Positions 40,354 to 49,896 of a stretch of DNA of 64,000 bases are shown in pieces. Position 1 is the first letter of the stretch. Each line of letters opens with the position of its first letter. Origin of the DNA: a virus (Duplodnaviria > Caudoviricetes); the IMG/VR virus record IMGVR_UViG_3300037067_004891, positions 224,001 to 288,000 of that record; one strand, given 5' to 3'. A model generated the notes under the pieces. That model ran no database searches. It saw nothing but the letters and a program-made list of their open reading frames with translations, and was not told where the DNA came from. The translations under genes were made by a program, and so were the position numbers.

Positions 40354-40965
40354 ATGAGATTATCATCACAAAATAACCAATTTGTTTTTTTATTTCCATC
40401 TGACTTCATTCCGACCGAAACAGAAGAACGAATGTTATTATTCATGGAGAAAAATTTTATACCATATGATAGTGTATTAGACTATATTAATAGTACAATA
40501 AAAGAAATAACATTTCCATCTATACAATTTAATACTGTTCAACAGCGATTAAAAAGAGGTAAAGAAATTCATTTTAAAGATGCCACTTCAATATTTGATA
40601 ATTTTACAAGAGAACTGGATATGACATTCAGAAGTGTAGACTCCCACATAAACTATTTTATGTTATTAGAAATAGTAACTGAATATATTTTAAATAATGA
40701 TAAAGAATATATTCCAATATTAAATTTAGATATAATAGATAAATATGGTGACGTTATATACACTATTGTATTTAGAGAAGTATTATTAAAATCATTATCT
40801 GAAAACAGATTGAGCTATAATGTCATGGATATTTCAGAAAAACCATTCACTATAACCTTCTTATATAACTTTATAGATATTTATTGGAAAGTTGGTGACC
40901 AATCTACTAAAGTAGAAAAGAATATTTTTGATATACCTATTAAAGAAACTAAATATAGAATATAA
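40354..40965 (+). CDS. Tail tube/terminator-fold protein (gp3/gp19-like)
   Basis: ITFPSI...LDMTF...NYF.L...L.IID..G...F....LS...F.ITF.Y pattern. Confidence 0.5.
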   Translation: MRLSSQNNQFVFLFPSDFIPTETEERMLLFMEKNFIPYDSVLDYINSTIKEITFPSIQFNTVQQRLKRGKEIHFKDATSIFDNFTRELDMTFRSVDSHINYFMLLEIVTEYILNNDKEYIPILNLDIIDKYGDVIYTIVFREVLLKSLSENRLSYNVMDISEKPFTITFLYNFIDIYWKVGDQSTKVEKNIFDIPIKETKYRI

Positions 40966-41045
40966 TTTTTTTCTGAAAAAACAAAACTTTCAATATACAT
41001 CACACTACAAGTAGTAAATAAAAACCTTATTTAAAAACATAAAGT

Positions 41046-42251
41046 ATGAAACAGATGTTTATAGAAAATGAAAAAAACAATCAAAAAATTGAAACCATTG
41101 ATGATGTTTTTGATTGGGAAACTTACACAAACGAAAATAATCACATTTTCAATTTTAAATTAAAAGATCAAATTAAATTAACAAAAGATCAAGAGTATAA
41201 ATTATCATTGTATGAAGGATTTAATTCGTTTAATAAAAAAGTCGAAGTAGGAATGGTAGTGTCAGGTCAAATTAAATATATGACCAAAAGAGAAATGCAA
41301 ATCGATTTTAATTATAAGGACTTAATATATATCGAAAATAAATTATCAGATTGGTCAACACTATCTACCTTTAAAGAGGGTGATGTTGTTGAAGTTTTAA
41401 TAAAAGAAGTTCAAAGTAAACCAACTTATATGATTAGGGGTTCTATTATGGATTTACTTAGAATGAATGTTGATAATAAAATCAAAACATATTTCGAAGA
41501 TAATACTCCTATTATAGCAACAGTTAACGAAATTATACCAGCAGGTTATATGTTAACATTAGTAATTGATAAAATTAAAGTGGGTGCATTTATGCCAAAT
41601 ACTTTAGCTGATGTGAATAAAATGCATGATCCAAATATATTACTTGGTAAACAAATTGAAGTGTTATTAGAAACCACACAACAAGAAAAAGGTGTTTATG
41701 TTGTGAGTAGAAAGAAATATCTTCGTACACTAATACCAGAAAAGATGAATAAATTAAGTTTTGAAAAATCTTACGAAGGGGTTGTTACTGGTACTACACC
41801 ATTTGGTGTTTTTGTACAATTTGAAGATTGTTTAACAGGGATGATACATAAAGCAAATGTGAATCCTGAATGGATAGAAAAAATTCAGGAAATTAAACCT
41901 GGTACAATAATGGTTTTTTATATTAAAGAAATTACAAAAAACAAAAAAATCATTTTAACTCAAACTTTAGAAGATTCTCTTTGGGATACCATTAAAATTG
42001 GGATGATACTTGACGGTGAGGTTGTTGCTATGAAACCATTCGGTGCGTTGGTTAAATTAGATTATGAAACAATTGGATTAATTCAAATAAATTATTTAAA
42101 TAAATATAAAAAATATCTAAATCAAGGAGACAAAATATGTGTTAAAATCGTCAATATTTTAAAAGATGATAGAAAAATTTATTTATCACTGTATGATAAA
42201 ACTCGGATAAATAATACGGAATTTAACACAGAAAACAAAACAGAAAATTGA
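41046..42251 (+). CDS. rpsA: Ribosomal protein S1-like protein (four S1 domains)
   Basis: GVVTGTTPFGVFVQF...GMIH, GEVVAMKPFGALV...GLI, VVSRK. Confidence 0.85.
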   Translation: MKQMFIENEKNNQKIETIDDVFDWETYTNENNHIFNFKLKDQIKLTKDQEYKLSLYEGFNSFNKKVEVGMVVSGQIKYMTKREMQIDFNYKDLIYIENKLSDWSTLSTFKEGDVVEVLIKEVQSKPTYMIRGSIMDLLRMNVDNKIKTYFEDNTPIIATVNEIIPAGYMLTLVIDKIKVGAFMPNTLADVNKMHDPNILLGKQIEVLLETTQQEKGVYVVSRKKYLRTLIPEKMNKLSFEKSYEGVVTGTTPFGVFVQFEDCLTGMIHKANVNPEWIEKIQEIKPGTIMVFYIKEITKNKKIILTQTLEDSLWDTIKIGMILDGEVVAMKPFGALVKLDYETIGLIQINYLNKYKKYLNQGDKICVKIVNILKDDRKIYLSLYDKTRINNTEFNTENKTEN

Positions 42252-42279
42252 TAGGTGGGAATTAATAGTTGATAGGTAG

Positions 42280-42310
42280 AAAAAACCACTTTTTATAAAA
42301 GTGGTTTTTC
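42280..42310. terminator. Bidirectional terminator
   Basis: aaaaaccactttt-at-aaaagtggttttt. Confidence 0.7.
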
Positions 42311-42350
42311 TTTTTTAATACATTTTTATAAATTCTATATTTTTTATTGA

Positions 42351-42387
42351 AAGAGAACCACGAAGTCTTTAGCTTAGTGGTAGTTCA
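42351..42387 (+). mobile_element. Orphan tnpB-element right-end hairpin
   Basis: aagtctttagcttagtggtagttca is identical to the right end of the 49894..51270 element. Confidence 0.8.
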
Positions 42388-42969
42388 TTATAAATTCTCT
42401 TTCAGTATCTGATACACCACTTGTTTCAATATCTGTAAAAATTTCATTGTTTTTAAATCTTCGAATAATTTGAAGATTTATAAATATCATAGGATTACCA
42501 TCTATTATTCTAATTCCAAGGTTTTCAATGAACTTTATGTCACTAACTTCCATTTGCAAATATGCATCTCTAAGGAAGAGTCTTATCTAATATTTACCTA
42601 CTATTATATTTTTATTCATATATTTTTATTATTTTAAGAAAAAATAAAATATATTTCTTATCACATGTATATTAATAAAAAATATTTTGTTGATAATCAT
42701 GACTATAAAAATCATTTTAAAAAAACATAGAAAAAACCCTCTTTGCCGTAGTTAATATATAAATATGTAATTTATGAAAAGAGAATTTTTAGTTAAAAGT
42801 TTATTTAATGGAGATAGCACAAGATACCATAAAAATCCAAGTTTTAACGAAACTATTTCTAATAATTCGTTTGAAAACAGGATTAAATATAAAATATGGT
42901 TATCCTGTGCTTTTTCTTTTTAAGTGAATTATTCCAATAAAAACGGAATTAAAAAACAATTATCCTAAT

Positions 42970-43749
42970 ATGTCAAAGAAAAACAGTAAAAACAACTATC
43001 AGTTTTTAAACAGCAATTTGTTAAAATCAAGAATTAGTGGGGACATTGAAACTTTAACAAATGGCGAACAAGTTATTGAATTAACAAACAAACATAAAAC
43101 TGAGGTTTTAATAGGAAAAAGATTAATTGTGAAATGTAAAAATAAAAAACAAAAAGATTTTGTTAATTTAATAGATGAAAAAGAAATTATTATTTGTAAA
43201 GGGCCAGCGGGTGTTGGAAAATCATATCTTTCAATAATTGAAGCTTTAAAACTTTTACAAAGACCAGATAATATGTATGATAAAATTTATATTATTACAC
43301 CAGCCGTTGAATCAGAAGAGAGCTATGGTGCATTACCTGGAGATATTAACGATAAACTTTCTGAATATCTTTTTTCAACATATTATTTAATAGATAAAAT
43401 AATTGGTGAACACAGTCGAAAACAGATGGTTGAGAAAGGTATAATTAAACCATTAGCACTTGGATTTCTAAGAGGTTGTAACTTAGATAATTGCATAATG
43501 ATTTTTGAAGAAGCTCAGAACGCAACAAAAAAATCAATGAAAACTGTTTTAACTCGTATTGGTTATAATACCAAGTTTATAATATCAGGTGATATGGAAC
43601 AAGTTGATAGATTTAGAGATGTTAAAGAAAGTGGTTTATATGATGCATTTGAGCGTTTGAAATCAGTAGACAAAATAGGTTTCTTTGAATTTGATAATGA
43701 AGATATTGTTAGAAATCCAATAATAAAAGATATTTTGGATAAATATTAA
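42970..43749 (+). CDS. phoH: PhoH-family ATPase
   Basis: GPAGVGKS, GALPGD, LGFLRG, IFEEAQN, LTRIG, GDMEQVD, DIVRNP. Confidence 0.95.
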   Translation: MSKKNSKNNYQFLNSNLLKSRISGDIETLTNGEQVIELTNKHKTEVLIGKRLIVKCKNKKQKDFVNLIDEKEIIICKGPAGVGKSYLSIIEALKLLQRPDNMYDKIYIITPAVESEESYGALPGDINDKLSEYLFSTYYLIDKIIGEHSRKQMVEKGIIKPLALGFLRGCNLDNCIMIFEEAQNATKKSMKTVLTRIGYNTKFIISGDMEQVDRFRDVKESGLYDAFERLKSVDKIGFFEFDNEDIVRNPIIKDILDKY

Positions 43750-43757
43750 AAATAATA

Positions 43758-43786
43758 AAAGAACCAGATTTAATTCTGGTTCTTTT
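43758..43786. terminator. Bidirectional terminator
   Basis: aaaagaaccag-atttaatt-ctggttcttttt. Confidence 0.7.
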
Positions 43787-44930
43787 TCATAAATTCTCTA
43801 CATTCTAAAACTAAATTATTTTTTTTAAGATATTTAAAAGCACCAGCATGATTCTTTTTTATTTTATATGTCGTGTTATAACCATTTCTTATTATTAATT
43901 CTTTAATTTTATAAAAATCCCAAACTGTATTATTTCTTTTCAAATTTTCTAATAATTCTTCTAATTTATGTCTCTTAATATAAAGATAACAATTTGGTGA
44001 GTTTTTCAAAAAATCCGAATAATTTTCATATTTTGATATTTCACATTTCGCTTTATTCATATCCCACAAGATACGCTTTCTTATTAAATTTTTAGTATAA
44101 TGTTTCAACGCTCGTTTTCTAAGCAAACTGGCATATAAACTAACTTCATTGACTCTAAACTCTTGAAAATTTTTATATTTACTAATTATTTGTTTTACAT
44201 CATTTTCGTCTAAAATACTATCTTTTATTTTTAAATATAAATAGTTTTCATCAATATCTAATATATTCTCAGTTGTTAATTTTAAACTACAAAAATTATT
44301 GATATAATCTAAATTATCAACCAATTGTTTTTTAATATCATCGACATATTTTCTATTATTTTCCTTTATGATTATTAATTTAATACCTTCTTCGACACAT
44401 TTCATTTTTTTAATGATATCATTTTCATCATTTATATGCCAAGCTTTTCCATTATATTCAAACGCTAAGTTATATTTTGGTATATAAACATCTAATTCGT
44501 ATGGACTAATTATTTTTCGACTATTATAAATAATTTTATCTTTTATTAATATTTTTAATATTTCAAATAACAATAATTGTGGTATACTATAACTTTGACT
44601 TATCATATGTGAACAAATATCATCTAATACACCCATTAATCTTGCTGATGTGTAAGCTGAATTATCTAACTGTTGAAATTCGCCTCTCGCTTTATATTTT
44701 TGTGCTATTTCTTTTAAATTTTCATAACATAAATCTCGACCAGTTATTTTATTTCTCAATCCAATCATTTCACTTTTATGTTCTTTAGATTTTTTTAACT
44801 TTAAAACAGTAGCTTTTTTACTTATACCTTTAACACTTCTATTCATTTCTAAGGCTAACTCATCCGTTCTTTTATTTTCAAAATTTTCAATTAAATAATT
44901 AATTTCATTGTCAGTCCAAAACGTCCTCAT
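43770..44930 (-). CDS. Vsr/DUF559-like endonuclease carrying the same helical repeat as the GIY-YIG proteins
   Basis: PYELDVYIPKYNLAFEYNGKAWH; SAYTSARLMGVLDDICSHM repeat. Confidence 0.8.
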   Translation of the reverse strand: MRTFWTDNEINYLIENFENKRTDELALEMNRSVKGISKKATVLKLKKSKEHKSEMIGLRNKITGRDLCYENLKEIAQKYKARGEFQQLDNSAYTSARLMGVLDDICSHMISQSYSIPQLLLFEILKILIKDKIIYNSRKIISPYELDVYIPKYNLAFEYNGKAWHINDENDIIKKMKCVEEGIKLIIIKENNRKYVDDIKKQLVDNLDYINNFCSLKLTTENILDIDENYLYLKIKDSILDENDVKQIISKYKNFQEFRVNEVSLYASLLRKRALKHYTKNLIRKRILWDMNKAKCEISKYENYSDFLKNSPNCYLYIKRHKLEELLENLKRNNTVWDFYKIKELIIRNGYNTTYKIKKNHAGAFKYLKKNNLVLECREFMKKNQN

Positions 44931-45041
44931 AATATATAGTTATTTTTTATCTATATATTTAAAAATATGAGTCCAAATTATTCTTCAGGATTTTTTTTAC
45001 CCATCATATCTTATTATTTTTGTTTTATAATATAATAAAAT

Positions 45042-45353
45042 ATGACAGATTTAACTTTATATGACATTGATAATAAGGAATTTTTTTTTACGAAAGTGTC
45101 ATATGATATAAACAAGAATAGAAAGCGTTTTTCATATTTAACTGATTCATTTTTATTAATTAATAATAAATCATATTTGTCATTAATAACAACTCAGGGG
45201 AGTAGTTATATTTTTTATCAAGATATTTGGTTTAGATATAATAATCTTTATAATATCTCTTTAAAATCAGATTTACAATTATGGAATACACCAAATATAG
45301 GTAGACGGCTTGCTACTTTAAATAAGTTTTTCGATGAAGGGGAATTAGCATGA
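45042..45353 (+). CDS. Hypothetical protein with a degenerate C-terminal tag
   Basis: Ends RRLATLNKFFDEGELA. Confidence 0.55.
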   Translation: MTDLTLYDIDNKEFFFTKVSYDINKNRKRFSYLTDSFLLINNKSYLSLITTQGSSYIFYQDIWFRYNNLYNISLKSDLQLWNTPNIGRRLATLNKFFDEGELA

Positions 45354-45907
45354 GTAGAAAAGTAAACATAGAAATTACCGATTCACATAGAAGGATATAC
45401 AGTAAACTTCTTACTTTAAATAAAAAAAGTAAAGGTGGTCTGGGTTTTCATTATAAAAATAAATCCAGTTTGAATATATTAAAAGAATTAGAAAAACTTG
45501 GTTATGTTGAATATAAATATAAACAGTCAGAGACCAGAGTGTATAAACATGTAAATGAAATTATTTATTATTTATTTTATGAATCTACTGGTAAAAAAAT
45601 GACTAATAAAAAATTGCCTACTAAACCAATTTCAAGAATATATGATGAAGATGATATAGAATTAATACTCGTTCGAAGAAAAGTTGAACTTGAATATGGT
45701 TGGGATGATACAATACTTATCAATGATAAAGAATCTGATGTTTACAAAACGAAATTTAATAATTATTATATTAAATTCGAAGATAGGATGTATAAAATCA
45801 TCAACGATTTAGATTTTCAATATGTAAAGTATTCAAAATTTTGGACGCTACCAGAATTAAAACGAACAAGAGTAAATAAAATAAAGGAGTTATTCCCCGA
45901 ATTTTAA
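45350..45907 (+). CDS. Hypothetical protein with RxxKIxxL tag
   Basis: Ends RTRVNKIKELFPEF. Confidence 0.6.
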   Translation: MSRKVNIEITDSHRRIYSKLLTLNKKSKGGLGFHYKNKSSLNILKELEKLGYVEYKYKQSETRVYKHVNEIIYYLFYESTGKKMTNKKLPTKPISRIYDEDDIELILVRRKVELEYGWDDTILINDKESDVYKTKFNNYYIKFEDRMYKIINDLDFQYVKYSKFWTLPELKRTRVNKIKELFPEF

Positions 45908-45967
45908 TTAAACAAACATTTTATTTTTATTAAAATAATATATAAAGAAAAAATAAAATGTTTTTAA

Positions 45968-47338
45968 ATGAAACACATTTCAAATTTTAATAATTTTCAC
46001 ATAATAAATGAATCTATGTTTGGAAAATTTAATGGTAATATTCAATATACCGATTGGTCGGATTTCAAAGAGAAATTGAAACACACAATCACAACAGATT
46101 TTAATTCAATTGAAGAAATGATTTCTTTAATGGGTATGAATATTGACCGCTATAACAAAATAAAAGAAAATATGATATGGAATTGGAAAGATTCTGTATC
46201 AAAAAGTTTGTTACACTCAGTCGCTGAACTAAATTATAAAATACCAAAAAAAGGAACAAATATATTTCCTGATTTATTAACACAAACAAGATTTTTAATT
46301 CTATCCGCAAATGGATTTCAATCCAGAAACGTATTTGGAGATTATAATTCCACAAGTGGTCTTGGAATATTAAGTAGTATGAGAGATTTGGAAAAAATAA
46401 AAAACACTGACCCAAAACAAACCGAGCGAGATAGATTTTCAAATAAAGAAATAATGAAACGATATGTATCAATAGGTGGGACAGACGCTTTTACTGTTAG
46501 GTCAGAAGAAGCAATTAAAAAGGTTAATAATATACTTCAATATATTTGGTTATATGTTTTTTACAATCACTATGTCTTGAAAAAAGGTTTAAAAGAAAAA
46601 ACTCATAAATTACCAAAATATCTTTATAGGGGAATCCGAGGAACTATGTGGCAAAAAGCTGAAAAGGTTATCGGTAAGGAATGGTCAGAATTATCTAAAA
46701 CACATTCAGATTTAAAAGTGAAACATAATAAAGCCATGCAAGAAAAATATGATTTACTTTTTGATTATATACTTAAAAATAGTATACATAAATTGACTGA
46801 TGGTAAATATCTTTCTTTCACTGCCAGTATGCCTATCGCAAAATATTTTTCAAATAAAGACGGATTTGTTCTTCGAGTTGACACTTCAAAAGTAAATATA
46901 ATAACATCGGAACTGACCGATGAATTATTCGACCAAGAAGATTATGTAAGTGGTAGAAAAGAAAGAGAGTATATTGTTGTAATACCTGAGAATTATAAAT
47001 TTCAAAAAGATGATATCATAGTAACTGATGAAGATTATCTCATAGCTACTAACAACCCATTAAGTGTTGGTGCATTTACACACGACACTAAAGAAGCTTT
47101 TTATGATATGTTAGATGATAAAGGAGTTAAATGGAATGTTCACGCATATTATGTTTGGTCATCAAATGATAAGGGTGGGGTGATATATGGTGTAAAAAAA
47201 GATGGTGAGGAAGATTATAACTGGGCAGATGGTAGAAACAATATTAAGAAAAAATACAATTTTGACCCATTACCAACAGAAAACAATTTAGATAAAATAA
47301 CAAATTTTAAGGTAAATGATGAGAAAAAAAGATGGTAA
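45968..47338 (+). CDS. CTS-tagged R-S-E ADP-ribosyltransferase (Alt/Mod-type fold)
   Basis: Leader MKHISNFNNFHIINES; LYRGI / YLSFT / EREYIV. Confidence 0.75.
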   Translation: MKHISNFNNFHIINESMFGKFNGNIQYTDWSDFKEKLKHTITTDFNSIEEMISLMGMNIDRYNKIKENMIWNWKDSVSKSLLHSVAELNYKIPKKGTNIFPDLLTQTRFLILSANGFQSRNVFGDYNSTSGLGILSSMRDLEKIKNTDPKQTERDRFSNKEIMKRYVSIGGTDAFTVRSEEAIKKVNNILQYIWLYVFYNHYVLKKGLKEKTHKLPKYLYRGIRGTMWQKAEKVIGKEWSELSKTHSDLKVKHNKAMQEKYDLLFDYILKNSIHKLTDGKYLSFTASMPIAKYFSNKDGFVLRVDTSKVNIITSELTDELFDQEDYVSGRKEREYIVVIPENYKFQKDDIIVTDEDYLIATNNPLSVGAFTHDTKEAFYDMLDDKGVKWNVHAYYVWSSNDKGGVIYGVKKDGEEDYNWADGRNNIKKKYNFDPLPTENNLDKITNFKVNDEKKRW

Positions 47339-47343
47339 TATAA

Positions 47344-49896
47344 ATGATAAGAACCGAAGTATTAAATAAAGAAAAACTATCTAATATCATATATAGTTAT
47401 GGTGAACCGTATGACTTTGATAAGAAAATAAAATATTTTCATTATTTTGATATTCGGTCATCACATTTGGACTATGATCCCAATGAAAAATATAAAGCCA
47501 GAACATATTTTGTCACCTTATTTGATGATGATGATATCATCGGATTAGCTAAATTACAAGAAAATCCATATAATCAACAAGGTTTATTTTGGATACAGTA
47601 CATTTCCATCGATGATAAACACCAAGGAATGAGATATTCAAAATATATTATTGATAGAATGATAAAATTTTGCAAAGAAAATAAATTTAAATTGAAAACA
47701 TCTGGTTATTCAACAAAAGGGTGGGAACGTCTAAGGGAATATCTTCATTTATCTGCGGGTGCAAATGATGTGGAATTAATTGATACCAAAGAAAAACCAG
47801 AATACGAAAACCACACTTCAATAGACACATTAGTTAATACAAAAGTCATAGATTTTAATAAAAAACCGTTGATTGTATATCATGGAACAAATAATAAATT
47901 CGATATTTTCGATATAAATATGATAAACACAAATGAGAAGAGTGGTGATTATATTGGTTCGGGAATATATTTCACACGTTATAAAGACACTGCATTAAAA
48001 TACGCAAAACAGGCGGTGAAAAAAGGTGGGGGTTTAGTAAATATTATATCGGCATATTTAAATATCGAACATCCATTAATTATAAATAACACATCAGATG
48101 CTCAAAAATTGAGAGATTTATTTGGCGGGGAATTTAATTATTTTTCTATTTTGGATGACAATCCAAATCTTATTAAAGATGAATTAATAAAATTGGGTTA
48201 CGATGGTTTAATAGACAATATGTATAATCAATATGCAGTATTTGAACCAAGTCAAATTAAAATAATTGATAATTCTGTATCATTACAAAATGAAAATATT
48301 GTTAGTTTTTCAAATTTCATTGTAAATGAAGAACATGACTACACCAAAGAATCCATTTTAAAATTTATAAAAGATAGAAATCTTTATTTAATGGATGGAA
48401 AATATTTGGAATTATATCATGGAACAGACCCAGCATCATATAGAAAAATAGAAAAATCTGGTAAATTAAAATCTGGTACATGGTTCGGGATAGATTATGA
48501 AACATCAAGAAGATATGGTTTAATGAGATTACACAGAGGTGAACCAGTGGTAATGAAGATTTATGTTGATATTGATTCCTTATATATATCAAGTGAATAT
48601 TTTATTGCTAAACACGATTTAAAGATGAACTTGATGTATGGTTCTGGTTCTAATGTTTATGAAAATAAAAATCCAAATATAAAATGCTATATTTGCGAGA
48701 ATAATAATACAAAAGAAGAAATGTTCATACCTGAAGATATATTAGAGTTTCACGATTTATTTACTCAGGCTGGTAAAAAACTTTTTTTAGTTGGGGGTTG
48801 TATCCGTGATTATATAATGGGTAAAACACCACATGATTATGATTTAGTAACTGATGCATCACCAGATGAGACTAAACAAATTTTAAAAAATTACAGAACA
48901 AATTTACAGGGCGCACATTTTGGTGTAATAAGAGTGTATACCGAAGATGAACCAAAGGGATATGAAGTAGCTTCTTACAGGCGTGATATCTCAAAAGGAC
49001 GCTCAAATAAAGGCGATGATCAAAAAGTTGAAATCGGTTCTCATATCACTATTAAAGATGATGTTTTAAGAAGGGACATAACTCAGAATGCGTTATTTTA
49101 TGATATTGGTAAAAAAGAAATAATAGATTTAGTTGGTGGTATAGAAGATATTAAAAATGGTATTATACGAGCTGTCGGTAATCCAATGGAACGATTCAAT
49201 GAAGACCGTCTTAGAATTTTGAGAGTTTTTCGTTTTTCAGCCCGTTCACGTTTTAAAATTGATGATGAAACAGCGAATGCTATAAAAAAGGACAACCGTC
49301 TGAACGGTTTATCACCTGAAGAAGATGTTTCCCAAGAAAGAATACTGGAAGAAATTTTTAAAATATGGGAATATGCATCCGAAAAAAATGATTTACCTGC
49401 TTGGAAACTATATCTCAAATATCTGACTGAGTTTAAAATGTGGAATCAGATGTTTAAAAACATGCTTATTAATGAGGATGTGATTAACATTGATAGTTTA
49501 GATTTAATTCAGATGTATACATATTTATTTCTGGATAATACTCCAGATACTGAATTTAATAAACGTTTGATTAGAACATTTAAATTTTCATCGGATAATG
49601 CTAATATAATTTGTTTTCTATTAACATTTTATAATAATATCAATGATGTCGATAAGGTGTTTGATATGAAAAAGAAACAAAACCAATTTGATATTGACCC
49701 GAATATTATAAAAGAATTTTCTGATATACATAAACTGGATAAAAAATTTACTGATAAATTCATTGAATATGATTTAACAGTATCAGGACAAGAATTAATG
49801 GATTCTGGACTAAAAGGAAATGAAATTGGTATAGAACAAAGGAAGCAAGAAAAAGAAATTTTTCAAAATATGATTAACGAATCTTTTGATTTTTGA
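47344..49896 (+). CDS. Polyvalent protein: GNAT + two ART-like domains + CCA-adding enzyme/poly(A) polymerase
   Basis: ISIDDKHQGMRYS (GNAT); VYHGT...GSGIYFT...GYDG...FEPSQIK; LYHGT...GTWF; LVGGCIRD...DYDLVT...RRDITQNAL...EDRLRILR. Confidence 0.85.
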   Translation: MIRTEVLNKEKLSNIIYSYGEPYDFDKKIKYFHYFDIRSSHLDYDPNEKYKARTYFVTLFDDDDIIGLAKLQENPYNQQGLFWIQYISIDDKHQGMRYSKYIIDRMIKFCKENKFKLKTSGYSTKGWERLREYLHLSAGANDVELIDTKEKPEYENHTSIDTLVNTKVIDFNKKPLIVYHGTNNKFDIFDINMINTNEKSGDYIGSGIYFTRYKDTALKYAKQAVKKGGGLVNIISAYLNIEHPLIINNTSDAQKLRDLFGGEFNYFSILDDNPNLIKDELIKLGYDGLIDNMYNQYAVFEPSQIKIIDNSVSLQNENIVSFSNFIVNEEHDYTKESILKFIKDRNLYLMDGKYLELYHGTDPASYRKIEKSGKLKSGTWFGIDYETSRRYGLMRLHRGEPVVMKIYVDIDSLYISSEYFIAKHDLKMNLMYGSGSNVYENKNPNIKCYICENNNTKEEMFIPEDILEFHDLFTQAGKKLFLVGGCIRDYIMGKTPHDYDLVTDASPDETKQILKNYRTNLQGAHFGVIRVYTEDEPKGYEVASYRRDISKGRSNKGDDQKVEIGSHITIKDDVLRRDITQNALFYDIGKKEIIDLVGGIEDIKNGIIRAVGNPMERFNEDRLRILRVFRFSARSRFKIDDETANAIKKDNRLNGLSPEEDVSQERILEEIFKIWEYASEKNDLPAWKLYLKYLTEFKMWNQMFKNMLINEDVINIDSLDLIQMYTYLFLDNTPDTEFNKRLIRTFKFSSDNANIICFLLTFYNNINDVDKVFDMKKKQNQFDIDPNIIKEFSDIHKLDKKFTDKFIEYDLTVSGQELMDSGLKGNEIGIEQRKQEKEIFQNMINESFDF

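Noticed and set aside
42774-42923. Short ORF and hairpin upstream of phoH
   Set aside because: No recognisable motif and only a weak hairpin; insufficient support.
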